The notes under the pieces: model-generated
Told to the model about the DNA's origin: nothing
The model's input: only the letters and a program-made list of their open reading frames with translations
Databases searched by the model: none
Position numbers and translations under genes: made by a program
Assembly: GCF_030144855.1 (NCBI RefSeq)
Contig: NC_082724.1
Location: forward strand, 21,886,001 to 21,950,000
Direction: 5' to 3'
Length of the DNA: 64,000 bases
DNA from: Hypanus sabinus
Lineage: Eukaryota
Part shown: positions 39,173 to 51,740 of the stretch, in pieces
Layout: every line of letters begins with the position of its first letter
Position numbering within the stretch: position 1 is the first letter of the stretch

Positions 39173-39845
39173 TGTGCTGTCTTTACAACAGTTATTTAGT
39201 TTATAATATTTTCGCTTAGTAATTCATTCAATAGTATTTTCTAGTTAGAATTAGAAGTGTTTAAAGTATATTCATTGCATGTAAAATATATCGGCATGCG
39301 ATGACGTCACATCCGGTTTCGCCGCGTCTTGTGGGAAAACACTGGTTTGAAATTAGCGCGAGGGTGGGGGCTTTCCACGAGGCTCACCTGAGCAGAAGTT
39401 GTTTGCAGGCATGAGAAATCACAGTGAGAGCAACGCTGTAAGTTAATAGATAATCGATATATTGAACTAAGATGTTAATGCCGATCCTGTTAGAAGTAAC
39501 GACGGTAGATAATGTTTATGCTTTCGTTAGTTAAAGAGTCGCGGATAGTTTGCATGGAAGTGTATTTAAAGTAGTCAATGGAGCAGGTAAACTCTCCCTG
39601 TATACTGCACCTTAGTGTAATGTAGTTATAGTCACCTTTGCAAGTATTTACACTTGAAATGTGATATTAAGGAAGGAACAAATACTGTATCAATCTTGTA
39701 TTGTTTTATCAACAGTTTTCACCATATGTTAATGTGAAGAGTGAACAGTAAATGGTTAATCTTACTGCGATCTGGTTCTCATTGAATGTGGTTTATCTCG
39801 ACGTTGAATTCGGCGTTATTAGTACACGCGAAGGAGAACGTTACA
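39173..39845. mobile_element. Solo LTR (673 bp; Gypsy or BEL type)
   Basis: TGT...ACA termini; perfect 5-bp TSD CTATG (39168-39172 and 39846-39850); CpG-rich relative to its flanks. Confidence 0.8.
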
Positions 39846-40104
39846 CTATGGTTTGCTGTTCAGCGAATTACATTCAGTTTCTTGTGTGTAAGACCCAAAT
39901 GGTTATTACTATCAGTTGCAAACTTGTTTATTTGACAGCTGTTGAACAATTCATAAGAAATCTCTGACTAATCCTTATTGAAAATCAATCTCTTTGCTGA
40001 CCTTTAAAGGTTGTTGTTTGCAGCTTGTAGGAATAGAATTATTTTGTTGTTGGAGAGTTGCTGTTTGCTGCCAATGCTGTTTCTTTTCACCGAGGATGGG
40101 TTGC

Positions 40105-42160
40105 TATATGATCACAATTCTTTCTTCTTTACCATAGCATTGGAGAGGGATAGGAACAGCCAAGTAAAGAAAGTGTTTAATTGGAGTAAAGGGAAATATG
40201 AGGCTATCAGGCAGGAACTTGGATGCATAAATTGGGAACTGGGATGTCCTCGGGGAAATGTGCAGAAGAAGTGTATGGGATATTTGCTTGGAGTTCTGCA
40301 TAGGTACATCCCAATAAGACAAGGAGAGGATGGTAGGGTACAGGAACCATGGTGTACAAAGGCTGTTGTAAATCCAGTCAAGAAGAAAAGAAGAGCTTAT
40401 GAAAGGTTCAAAAAATGAGGCAATGATAGAGATCTAGATTATAAGGCTAGAGGAAGGAATTTAAGAATGAAATTAGGAGAGCTAGAAGGGGTCACGAGAA
40501 GGCCTTAGTAGACAGGATTAAGGAAAACCCCAGGCATCCTACAAGTATGTGAAGAGTGAGGATAAGATGTGAGAGAATAGGACCAATCAAGTGTGACAGT
40601 GAAAAAGTGTGTATGGAACTGGAGGTACTTCATGAATACTTTGCTTCAGTATTCTCTACGGAAAAGGATCTTGCCGATTGTAGGGATGCTTTAGAGTTGA
40701 CTGAAAAGCTTGGGCATGTAGATATTAAGAAAACGGATGTGCTGGAGCTTCTGGAAAGCATCAAGTTGGATAAGTTACCAGGACAGGACGAGATATACCC
40801 CAGGCTACTGTGGGAGGTGAGGGAGGAAATTGCTAGGCCTCTGGCAATGATCTTTGCATCAACAATGGGGATGGGAGAGGTTCTGGAGGATTGGAGGGTG
40901 GCAGATGTTGTTCCCTTGTTCAAGAAAGGGAGTACAGATAGCCCAGGAAATTATAGATCAATGAGTCTTACTTCAGTGGTTGGTAAGTTGATGGAGAAGA
41001 TCCTGAGAGGCAGGATTTATGAACATTTGGAGAGGCTAATATGATTAGGAATAGTCAGCATGGCTTTGGAAAGGCAGATCGTGCCTTACGTACTTGATTG
41101 AATTTTTTGAGGATTCGACTAAACGTGTTGATGAAGGTCATATTCTGCATGGAGGCCGGTGACCAATGGTGTGCCTCAGGGATCTGTTCTGGGACCCCTA
41201 CTCTTCGTGATTTTTATGAATGACCTGGTTGAAGAAATGGAGGGATGCGTTAGTAAGTTTGCTGATGACACAAAGGTTGGAGATGTTGTGGATAGTGTGG
41301 AGGGCTGTCAGAGGTTACAGTGGGACATTGATAGGATGCAAAACTGGGCTGAGAAGCGGCAGATGGAGTTCAACCCAGGTAAGTGTGAGGTGGTTCATTT
41401 TGGTAGGTCAAGTATGATGGCAGAATATAGTATTAATGGCAAGACTTTTGGCAGTGTGGAGGATCAGAGGGATCTTGGTGTCCAAATCCATAGGACGCTC
41501 AAAGCTGCTATGTAGGTTGACTCTGTGGTTAAGAAAGCATATGGTGCATTGGCCTTCATCAATCGTGGGATTGAGTTTAGGAGCTGAGAGGTAATGTTGC
41601 AGCTATATAGGACCCTGGTCAGACCCCGCTTGGAGTACTGTGCTCAGTTCTGGTCACCTCACTACAAGAAGGATGTGGAAACCATAGAAAGGGTGCAGAA
41701 GAGATTTACAAGGATGTTGCCTGGATTGCGGAGCATGCCTTGTGAGAATAGATTGAGTGAACTTGGCCTTTTTTCCTTGGAGCAACGGAAGATGAGAGGT
41801 GACCTGATAGAGATGTATAAGATGATAAGAAGCATTGATCATGTGGATAGTCAGAGGCTTTTTCCCAGGTCTGAAATGGCTAGCGTGAGAGGGCATAGTT
41901 TTAAGGTACTTGAAAGTAGGTACAGAGGAGATGTCGGGGTAAGTTTTTTATGCAGAGAGTGGTGAATGCATGGAATGGGCTACCAGCGACGGTGGTGGAA
42001 CCAGATACGATAGGGTCTTTTAAGTGCCTCCTGGGCAGGTACATGGACCTCAGAGAAATAGTGGGCTATGGGTAACCCTAGGTAATTTCTAAGGTAAGGA
42101 CATGTTCGGCCCACCTTTCAAGGGGCCTGTAATGTGCTGTAGGTTTTCTATGTTTCTAAG
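40105..42160 (+). mobile_element. CR1 LINE ORF2, 5'-truncated and internally deleted
   Basis: PGNYRSMSLTSVVGKLME, GVPQGSVLGP, KFADDTK and LVRPRLEYC motifs; tail ttttctatgtttcta. Confidence 0.95.
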
Positions 42161-42779
42161 TCAGATATTTGTCACTCTCATTGCCTATGTCATCCATTGA
42201 GAAACTGAGACTCCTGTATAGCCCTATTGAAGTTAGGGCTTTATTTGCTTGTACACAATGCCTGCTTTACAGGAAAGTTTGCTACTAAATATGCCTTAAA
42301 GAATATTTCTTCCTTATCATTCACAGAGTCACGGAAAATCACAGTACGTTTATTCACCCCCATTATGTTTAGTATGACCAAAGTGGATTTTAGAGTTAAT
42401 TCCAATTCCAAGCTTTTGGAATCAGGTGATCACCCTGATTCTGATTAATGTGGCTACAGATAGTACTCTCACCTCTTTTCCAGTGTTCAGTTCCAGACCA
42501 TCACCATAAGCAAACCCCACTCTCTCAGTGAGGGAAAGAGAATTTCCTTAACTCACCTCTCAGCCTTAAACAATTTAATAACTCAGATCTGTACACTATA
42601 AATTCCAATGTTCTTACTGACAGAATTCCATAATATCTGGTCACCCTGTCCAGATCTCTCACACTGTTTCCTTTCAGTCTTGGATTGATGAGAGAATGTT
42701 GTGTATGAGATTGAAAACTTTTTTGAAAGAAGCAGAAGTAAGCATAACCACACTCTTCCAGTATAACTGGTTGTAAGTT

Positions 42780-43000
42780 GCAATTGCACTGAAGTTCAAA
42801 GCTTACTTTGTACTAACATTGATTATTTTGTTCTAATTGTAGAATTTGTATATATATATGATTTTGCTTACTTTTTGTTTCTTTTTCTCATGAATGCTGC
42901 TTAATCTGATGTTATGTGCCTGTGATGGTGACACGACAAAGTTCCCCATTGCAGTGCATACATATACTCATGCATATGAAAATAAACTTGACCTTGACGT
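42780..43000 (+). mobile_element. LINE 3' tail (Rex1/Babar-like)
   Basis: Ends aataaacttgaccttgac. Confidence 0.45.
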
Positions 43001-44477
43001 TACAAGGCTAACTGAAAACCGTCATGATCCCAAGAAATTTCCTTTAACATCTATCAACTTCAGCCAAGGGTTTGATAGCATCCAACTTTACCTGCTAATA
43101 ACAAAACTAATCATATCTGTCCTCTGATAAACAGCTTGACAAGACCCTATTAGCTTTGGTGACGATCAAAGGTTGAAGGCCAAAAACACTAATAAAATAC
43201 CAAACTGTAATTTTCATTATCCCGGATCATTCTATACGTTGCTCCTCCTCAGTCTTTGTCAATGATCTAATCTGATACTCTGCTGCCATGGCACCCTTGC
43301 AATAAGTAACAAAGCGAATTTAAATCTTCAGCAACAGTTTGAAGCTGATGTTTTATTATGTGAGACTAAAAAATACTTAATAAAATAATCAAAAACTATA
43401 TTAAGGACCAAAATCGGTAGCAAGTAATATATTTAAGAATTATAATTAAAATACTAGCAGAACACATTGTGTAGAATTCATGGAAAATCACAGTTATTTA
43501 TGCCACAGAAGAAGACCATTTGGCTAAATGGCAAGGCAACCCCGTCTAAATACTAAATGTGAAAATCTCATGTAGTCCTGGAACTGCGCAGCAGAAGTCC
43601 ACAAACACTTATATGTGTACACCCTTTGTAAGTGGTGATTAGAGTGCAGCTCTTTACGAGCACCTAATCCAGCAGCCACTTACTGTCACATCTGTGGAAA
43701 AGTCCACAGTTCCCTTAGTGTCCTTTTAAACCACCTGACAATTACTGAGCTGGAGTAGATGCAAGTTATCTATGCATTGTAATGATATTTATTTTTAGTC
43801 ATATGAGAAACATTAATTACATTTATTATATATGACCAAAAGAACATAGTGTTTCCTATGTTCCAACACCACTATTGAGAGCACGTTATCATTTCAAAAG
43901 AGAGTCACAACTTTCAGCCTTACATCATTGGCATGAATACTCAACTATTTTTTAAAAATGCTTTCTTTTATAAATGTTGTGCTTATGATTTTTGTGCGGT
44001 GCCCCTGGACTTCAGGTTCAAGCAGAATTCTGCAGAAGGAACTTGAAGGGCAGGCTTTGCAGTTGTAGACCCCGCACAAGTTTCCAAATCGGATTCGCAT
44101 TTGTTTTTATCTTTTGACAGCTTTAGTTAGGATAAGATCAATACATGAAACAGCTTCCAATGATGACATGAAGATATTAGTGTGAGACTCAGGTAAGCTG
44201 CCTTCCATAGAAGGAGATCTTATGTCACTGCTGCTTACATGGCACATTGATATTGCAATCTTATCTGTACTGGACCAGGGCCAACAGATCCCCAAATATG
44301 ATATCAATCAGTGCACAGTGCTTGTTGAGGCATTGATGCTTCAAAAAATGGTCAGTTTGCCCAGGTAGCTGCAGAATGTATATCTTTCTCAGTGAGGCAC
44401 TGATAATCCTCAGAGATCTGTAACACTGGCTGATTCTTGAAAGCTGCAGCAGTAGATTTTCAGACCAGACTGTAGTA

Positions 44478-44816
44478 AGTCCAAAGATTAGCTTTACTTC
44501 TCACATGTACATCAAAATATTGAAACATAGTGTGAAACACATTATTTGTGTTAAAGACCAACACAAACTGTAGATGTGATGGGGATGGCCCTGCAAGTAT
44601 TGCCACACTTCCAGCACTTACTTAGCATTCCCACAACTTAGTAACCATAACCTGTACATCTTTGGAATGTGGGAGGAAACTGGAGCACCCAGAGGAAACC
44701 TATGTGGTCATGACGGGAACGTACAAACTCCTTACAGACAGCAGCAGGAATTAAACCCTGATCATACAGCTGGCACCGTAAAGCATTACGCCAACTGCAA
44801 TGCAACAGTGCTGCCC
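44478..44816 (-). mobile_element. Full-length tRNA-derived V-SINE
   Basis: The minus strand starts gggcagcactgttgc..., has a B-box-like gggtttaattcc and a V-domain (ggtttcctctgggtgctccagtttcctcccacattccaaagatg), and ends in a tail ...agtaaagctaatctttggac. Confidence 0.72.
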
Positions 44817-45294
44817 ATTACATCTAGGATTACAGTTCCATTTTTCATCTTTCTCTGAAGCGTTGCCTCAGTGGTGATTCTACATCAGAGCAGATTCTTC
44901 TCTTTCTGAATTCTCCCTGCTCATTTGGCTGGGATATTTTGAAGTTTGAGTGTGTGATGCAGGGAAAGCTTAAGCAGATTCTTCAATTTTGTGAGTTTTT
45001 TGTCGCCTTTGGGCTACGAGGCAGAATGCGACAGCTTTAACACTAACCTTTGTGGTTAGGGTTCTGAGGCCGCACGACCTCAGGAGAGAGGTTCAGAGAT
45101 CCAGAGTTTTTCTGGTTTCTCTCCATTGTGATTGTCTTGTCTTCATCAAGGAAATCTGGATATGTTGATGCTATATCCAGTTCCTGGCTAGTATTAGAAA
45201 CTGCCAGCTGCCTTTAATTTACCTGGGACCAGTGCAGGATACATTCTCATCTAAAGATGTTGCACTGTGCGGTCTTACATTCCAATATGCAGTT

Positions 45295-47440
45295 CCATAA
45301 CTCCATAAGACCAGAAAGTATTACTCATTGAGTCTGCTCTGCCATTTCATCATGGCTGATCCATTTTCCTCTTAGCCTCAATCTCCTACCTTCTCCCTGT
45401 ATCCCTTAATCAATAATCTGTCAACCTCTGCTTTAAACATACCCAATGATGTGGACTATACAGCCACCCATGGCAACAAATTCCATAGATTCACCCTTCT
45501 CTGGCTAAAGAAATTCCTCTTCACTTTCATTCTAAATAGACATGCTTCAATTCTGAGGCTGTGTCCTCTGGTCCTAGACTCTCCCACCATAGGGAACATC
45601 CTCTCCACATTCACTCTATCAAGTCCTTTCAAGATTCGAAATGTTCCAATGAGATTCCACCTCATTCATTGGAATTACAGTGCGTACATACCCTGAGCAA
45701 TCAAACACTTTGCATATTACAAGCCCTACAATCCCAGAGTCATTTTCGTGAATTTCCTTTGAAAGCTCTCCAAAGAAAGCACACCCTTTCTTAGATAAAG
45801 GGCCCAAAACTGCTCATAATACTCCAAATGAGGCTTCACCAGTGCCTTATAAAGCCTTAACATTATATACTAGCTTTTATATTCTAATCCTCTTGAAATA
45901 AATACTAACATTGCATTTGCCTTCCTCACCACTGACTCAACCTGCAAGTTAACCTTTAAGAATCTTCCAGTCAAGCTGGGACCATGGAACAATGATTCCT
46001 CCGGTGACATCTTCCAGATAGCCAATCGTTTTTCTGTATTCAGTCGCTATCTGAAGAAGAGACACATTTCAGAGTTATACTCTGCATACATACTTTGATA
46101 ATAAAATGAACCTTTGAACCTTTGACCTTTGACAAGGACTTCCAAGTCCCTTTGCACCTCAGATTTTGAATTTTTTCTCCATTTAGAAAATAGTCTATGC
46201 TTTTATTTCTTCCACCAAAATGCATGACCGTACATTTTCCAACACTGTATTCCATCTTCCACTTCTTTGTCCATTCTCCTAAGCTGTCTAATTCTTTTCT
46301 TAGCCTCTCTGATTCATCAACATTACATGTCCCTCCAGATATTATGTTGGCTTTGACTTCTCCTGTCAGCCACTGTCGTGTTACCCTGCCTTTAGAATAC
46401 TTCTTCTTTGGGATGTATCTGTCTTCCAACTTCCAAACTACTCCCAAAATTTTCAGCCATTGCTATTCTGCCATCATCCCTGCTAGTGTTCTCTTCTAAT
46501 CAGTTTTGGCCAGCTCCTCTCTCATGCCTCTGTAATTTCTTCTACTTCACAGTAATACTGATACATCTGACTTTAGCTTCTCCTTCTCAAATTGCAAGGT
46601 GAATTCTATCATATTCAGATCACTGTCTCCTTAAGATTCCTTTACCTTAAGTTCTCTAATCAATTCCGGTTTGTTGCACAACACCCTATCCAGAATAGTT
46701 GATCCTCTAGTGGGCTCTACCATGAGCTGCTCCTCTCATAGGCATTCTACAAACTCCACCTCTTGGAATCCTGCACCAGCCCAATCTTTGTGCATATTGA
46801 AATCCAGCATGACTATCATAACATTGCCCTTTTGACATGCATTTTCTGTCTCACGTTGTAATTTGTAAATCACGTCTTTGCTACTGTTTGGAGATCTTCT
46901 TACCTTTGCAGTTTCTTAGTTCGACTCACAATGATTCTACACCTTCCGATCCTATGTCACTTCTTTCTGATGATCTGATTTCATTTTTTACCAGCAGAGC
47001 CACCCTGACCCCTCTGCCTTAGTGCCTGTCCCTTTAATACAATGTGTATCCTTGGACATTCAGCTCCCAACAATAATCTTCCTTCAGCCATGACTCAGTG
47101 ATGCCCACAATATCATACGTCATACGTGCCAATTTGTAACTGTGCTACCATTTCATCTACCTTATTCGTATTAAAGTATAACACCTTCAGTCCTGCATTC
47201 GTCCCCCTTTTACGCTGGAGCTCTTCCTGTTGACTCCAGTTTTCTCCATCATCAGCCTGTCTTTGCTAGCAGACTCACGACATACTGTTTGTAAACCAAC
47301 TGACCCATCCTCGTCCTATCACTCTAGTTCCCATCTCCCTGACAAATTAGTTTACACCCTCCTGAATAGGTCTAGCAAACCTGACCACAAGGATATTGGT
47401 CCCCTTTGGGGTTGGTTGCAACCTATCCCTTTTGTACAGG
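45295..47440 (-). mobile_element. CR1 LINE, degraded, interrupted at about 45966-46130
   Basis: Minus-strand FRILKGLDRVNVERMFP...RNFFSQ and W.MEYSVGKC.VMHFG. The nested + strand tail ends aataaaatgaacctttgaacctttg. Confidence 0.85.
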
Positions 47441-47968
47441 TCGTACAAAATTCTACTTTGTTTTTAGAAAAATGTAAACTTAATTGTAAAATTTTGCAAA
47501 AAACAGTTATAGAAACATGGGTTGGAAAGGAGGATATGATCATTTCAAGATAAATTACACCCTCGATAATTGGAGTGCATGTGCTGGTATATAACATACC
47601 TTTAAACTGGGTGTGAAAATGTCAATTTATCTACCTAGGTCGAAATGACTGGAGTTAAATGTTTCAAAGTCAATGTCAAAGTAAATTTGATAGCAAAGTG
47701 TGCACGTGCTAGCTTGAGATTCATTTTCTTGTAGGCATTTTCAAGAAAATAAAGAAGTACAATATAATTTATGAAAAACTATACATTAACGGAATCTAAC
47801 AAATATCCAATGTTTACCTGAGAAGACTTTAAGTTGGTGGGCACTGTGGTATGGAGAAGGAGATAGCAATTGCAATTACAATAAAAGACCAACAAAACAA
47901 TGATATTTTTATAGAAAAAAAATTGATCTGTGCACAATTAGCCTTGTGTGGTCATTAATGGGGATAGA

Positions 47969-47982
47969 CTGCCACCTTGTGG
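47969..47982 (-). promoter_or_regulatory. CTCF-like motif
   Basis: Reverse complement CCACAAGGTGGCAG; motif match only. Confidence 0.45.
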
Positions 47983-48130
47983 CTCTACATGATTTATTTA
48001 TTTACCCAAATAAATTAATGCCTAGAAAGTGAATGGACCGATTCAATTGCATTCAAGTGTACATGCACAATGAAGCAACAAAGATTTTATTTAAGGGCTT
48101 ACTGTTACAAAATTCAGGGTTGTTAGAGTC

Positions 48131-48221
48131 CTGATCAAGGTCTCAGCCCAAAATGTTCTTGATTTATTCCCCTCCATAGATGCTGCCTGACCTACTAAGT
48201 TCCTCCACTATTTTGTGTGTT
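48131..48221 (+). mobile_element. Penelope-derived half element
   Basis: Begins at the hammerhead-like ctgatcaaggtctcagcccaaaatg; TSD TTGTT(A/G)GAGTC at 48120-48130 and 48222-48232. Confidence 0.7.
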
Positions 48222-49749
48222 TTGTTGGAGTCAGAGGTTAGTAGGGATGTTGGCCCAGAGGATTGGTTAGGGATGCGCGAGGACAGGATCAGAGGGGAGA
48301 TAAATGGATTTGAATAGGAAGTATGTTGGGAGGGGAGGGGAATGATTGGACCACAATTAGCAGACTAGGAAGTTTGGTGAGGTTTCTGAGCTTAGGGGTT
48401 GTGATTTGGTGGAAGAAAAATGGAGAAAAACTGATTGTGTACATTACTAAAATGGGAGCTACTCCCCACTGACAGGGTTCACAGCCAGGGATCTCCTTAC
48501 ATAAGTTTGTTGTCAGTTTGTCATAGTATATATTGGGAAAAGTCTATTGTCTTGTGGATGATAGATAAAAGGTATCTCTTGTATATTTATATGGTTTGGT
48601 GCTCAGTCTTTGAATGTGTGTACAGAAGCATTACAAACTTTATCGGCAAACTGTTTGTCAGCTAAGGAGATTCAGGCTTTCAGCGCTTTGTTCTGGAGTG
48701 CAGTTGCACAAGTTGAAAGAGTTTCCCATTTGTTCTGAAGATTAATTCTATTACTGCTGCAACTTTGATGGTAATAAGGTACTGTGTGGTAGTGAGAAAG
48801 ATGGAAAAATGTTCTGTTTGACACCATTCTTGACTGAAATTGGATGTTGTAGACCCTCTGATACAGATCATGACCTCTAGGTCATTCTGAAACAAACAAG
48901 AGATTTTGATTGCCCTCCAAGTCTGAGGAGAGTTCTTCACAATCCCTCCTATTTGATGGAGTCAAATGTTTTAGTGAGGTTTGAAATCCTCTTCATCTGC
49001 CTCCTATCAAAGGCTGAAGAGCTGCTGCCAAATCACAGTGTGGATTTTGTCTGCCAGAGGCACAATGGCCATGATCTACACCAGGCAATAATGCAAAAAA
49101 TCATGATGCAGTGAGCAGAACCAGTGGCTTTTTTCAACTTTAAAATGTCAACGTGATCCTATCCAACAAACAATAACTATGTTTAATATTGGCAAAGGAA
49201 GGTGATATATTTGCACGTTTTGTGTGGTCCTTTTGTGTATTTCAAATTTAATATCGAATCCCTCTAAAGAATTAATTTGATATCTGTAACATTTATTTAT
49301 ACCAGCTGCAAAGATTACATATATTGATTGCTACCATTGACCTCCTGAACATACTTAATGCCACACTTAATCATACCTACCATTATTTACATGTGTGTAA
49401 TTAAGAAAATATAATTCACGTGATTGATTCTCAGAAATGATCCACTACTAACATCCACTACTGCTTTCTTTATACCTATACCAGGAAAAAAAACCACCCA
49501 GTGCTGAGTAAAATTTTAAATTCATGTACTTTCCTCTGTTCTTTGTTCTACTGCCCTATTCCACAACTCAATAGTTCAACATCATGTATTTTTTAAGAGA
49601 AACATGGTAGTGTAACACCTTTCTTTCTTATATTGTTGGCGAGGCCTGTGCTAATAGTCTAGTGTATAGCCACTTTTCCTTTTTTTTTTGTGGAGCTTGT
49701 GGAATGGCTGAAACATATAAGTAGTATTTCTAGGGTGAATGTATTCCAG

Positions 49750-51740
49750 AGAGGTAGTAATGGGGGACAACAAAATGGTGGATGAACTGAATAAGTATTT
49801 TACATGAGTCTTCACTGTGGAAGACACTAGCAGTATGGCGGAAGTTTCAGATGTTAGGGATCATGAAATATGTGATGTTACCATAGCTAGAGAGAAGGTT
49901 CTTGGGAAATGGAAAAGTCTGGAGGTAGATAAGTCACCTGGACTAGATGGTGTACACCCCAGAGTCCTGAAAAAGGTGTCTGAAGAGATTGTGGAGGCAT
50001 TAGTAATCTTTCAAGAATCACTAGATTCTGGAATGGTTCTGGAATACTGTAAAATTGAAAATGTCATTCCACTCTTTAAGAAGGGAGAAAGGTAGAAGAA
50101 AGGAAACCATAGGCCAGTTAGTCTGACCTCAGTGGTTGGGAAGATCTTAGAATCGCTTATTGAGGATGAGGTCTCAGTGTACTTCAGGCACATGATAAGA
50201 TAGGGTGTAGACAGTATGGTTTCCTCAAGGGAAAATCTTGCCTAACATCTCTGCTGGAATTCTTTGAAGAAATAACAAGTAGTATAGGCAAAAGAGAGTT
50301 GGGTGGTGGTGTGGTATTACAGGGAAGATTCCAGCATAGATAAGGCTGTGGCTGATTGACAGAAAATAAAGAGTGGGAATAAGAGGAGCCTTTTCTGGTT
50401 GGGTGCCAGTGACTAGTGGTGCTGCACAGGGGTCTGTGTTGGGACAGATTCTTTTTCCTTTATATGTCAGTGATTTGGACGATGGAATTGATGGCCTTGC
50501 TGCAAAGTGTGCAGACGATATGAAGGTAGATGGAGGGACAGGTAGTTTTGCGAAAGTAAAGAAACTACAGAAAGACTTTAACAGATTAGGTTAATTGGCA
50601 AAGAAATTGCAGATGGAATACAGTGTGGGGAAACGTATGGTCATGCACTTTGGTAGAAGAAATGATAGAGTTGACTATATTCTAAATGGAGACAAAATAC
50701 AAAACCCTGAGGTGCAAGGGGACATGAGAGTCCTTGTGTAGGATTTCCTAAAGGTTAATTTGCAGGTTGATTCTGTGGTGAGGAAAGCAAATGCAATGTT
50801 AGCATTAATTTCAAGAGGACGGGAATATAAAAGCAAGCATGTAATGTTGAGACTTTTTAAAGCAATGGTGAGCCCTCGGAGTATTGTGAGCAGTTTAGGA
50901 CCACTTATCTTAGAAAGGATGTGCTGAAACTAGAATGGGTTCAAAGGAGGTTTCTGAAAATTGAATAGCTTGTCATATGAAGAGCGTTTGATGTCTCTGG
51001 GCTTGTATTCACTGGAATTCAGAAGAATGAGGGGTGAACTCATTGAAACCTAGCGAATGGTGAAAGGCCTTGATAGAGTGGATGTGGAGAGGATGTTTCC
51101 TATGGTGGAAGAGCCTGAGACCAGAGTACACAGCTTCAGAACAGAGGGGCGTCCTTTTAAAACGGAGATAAGGAGAAATTTCTTCAGCCAGAGAGTGGTG
51201 AATCTGTGACTTCTTTGCCACAAGCATCTGTGGAGGACAAGCCTTTTTGTAGGTTTAATGCAGAAGCTGATATTTTCTTGATTAGTCAGGGCATGGAGGG
51301 ACATAGGAAGAAGGCAGACTAGGGCGGAGAGGAAAGTTGAATCAGCCATGATGAAATGGTGGAACAGACTCGATAGGCCAAATATCATAATTCTGCACTC
51401 ATATCTTAGGGTCTTATGGTCTTTTCCCCTTCAGATTTGGTGAGACTAGAACTAGAGCTTATAGGTTCAGGGTGAAAGGTAAACTATTAAAGGGAATCTG
51501 AGGGGAAGCCTCTTCACTCAGAGGGTGGTTCGAGTGTTAAGTGAGATGCCAGCAGAAATGGAGAAATGGCAAATGTAGGTCCAACTGTAACATGTAAGCA
51601 AAGTTGAATAAGTATGTGAATGGGAGGGATATGAGTGTATGGCCCTGGTGCAAGTTGACGGGATGAGGCAGAAGATCAGTTTGGCATAGATCTGATAGGT
51701 TTTACGGCCTCCTTTTGTGCTGTAGTACTCTGTGGCTGTA
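49750..51740 (+). mobile_element. CR1 LINE (RT to 3' end) followed directly by a second CR1 3' fragment
   Basis: KSPGLDGVHPRVLK, QGSVLG and KCADDMK motifs; first tail at about 51420, second tail at about 51740. Confidence 0.9.
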
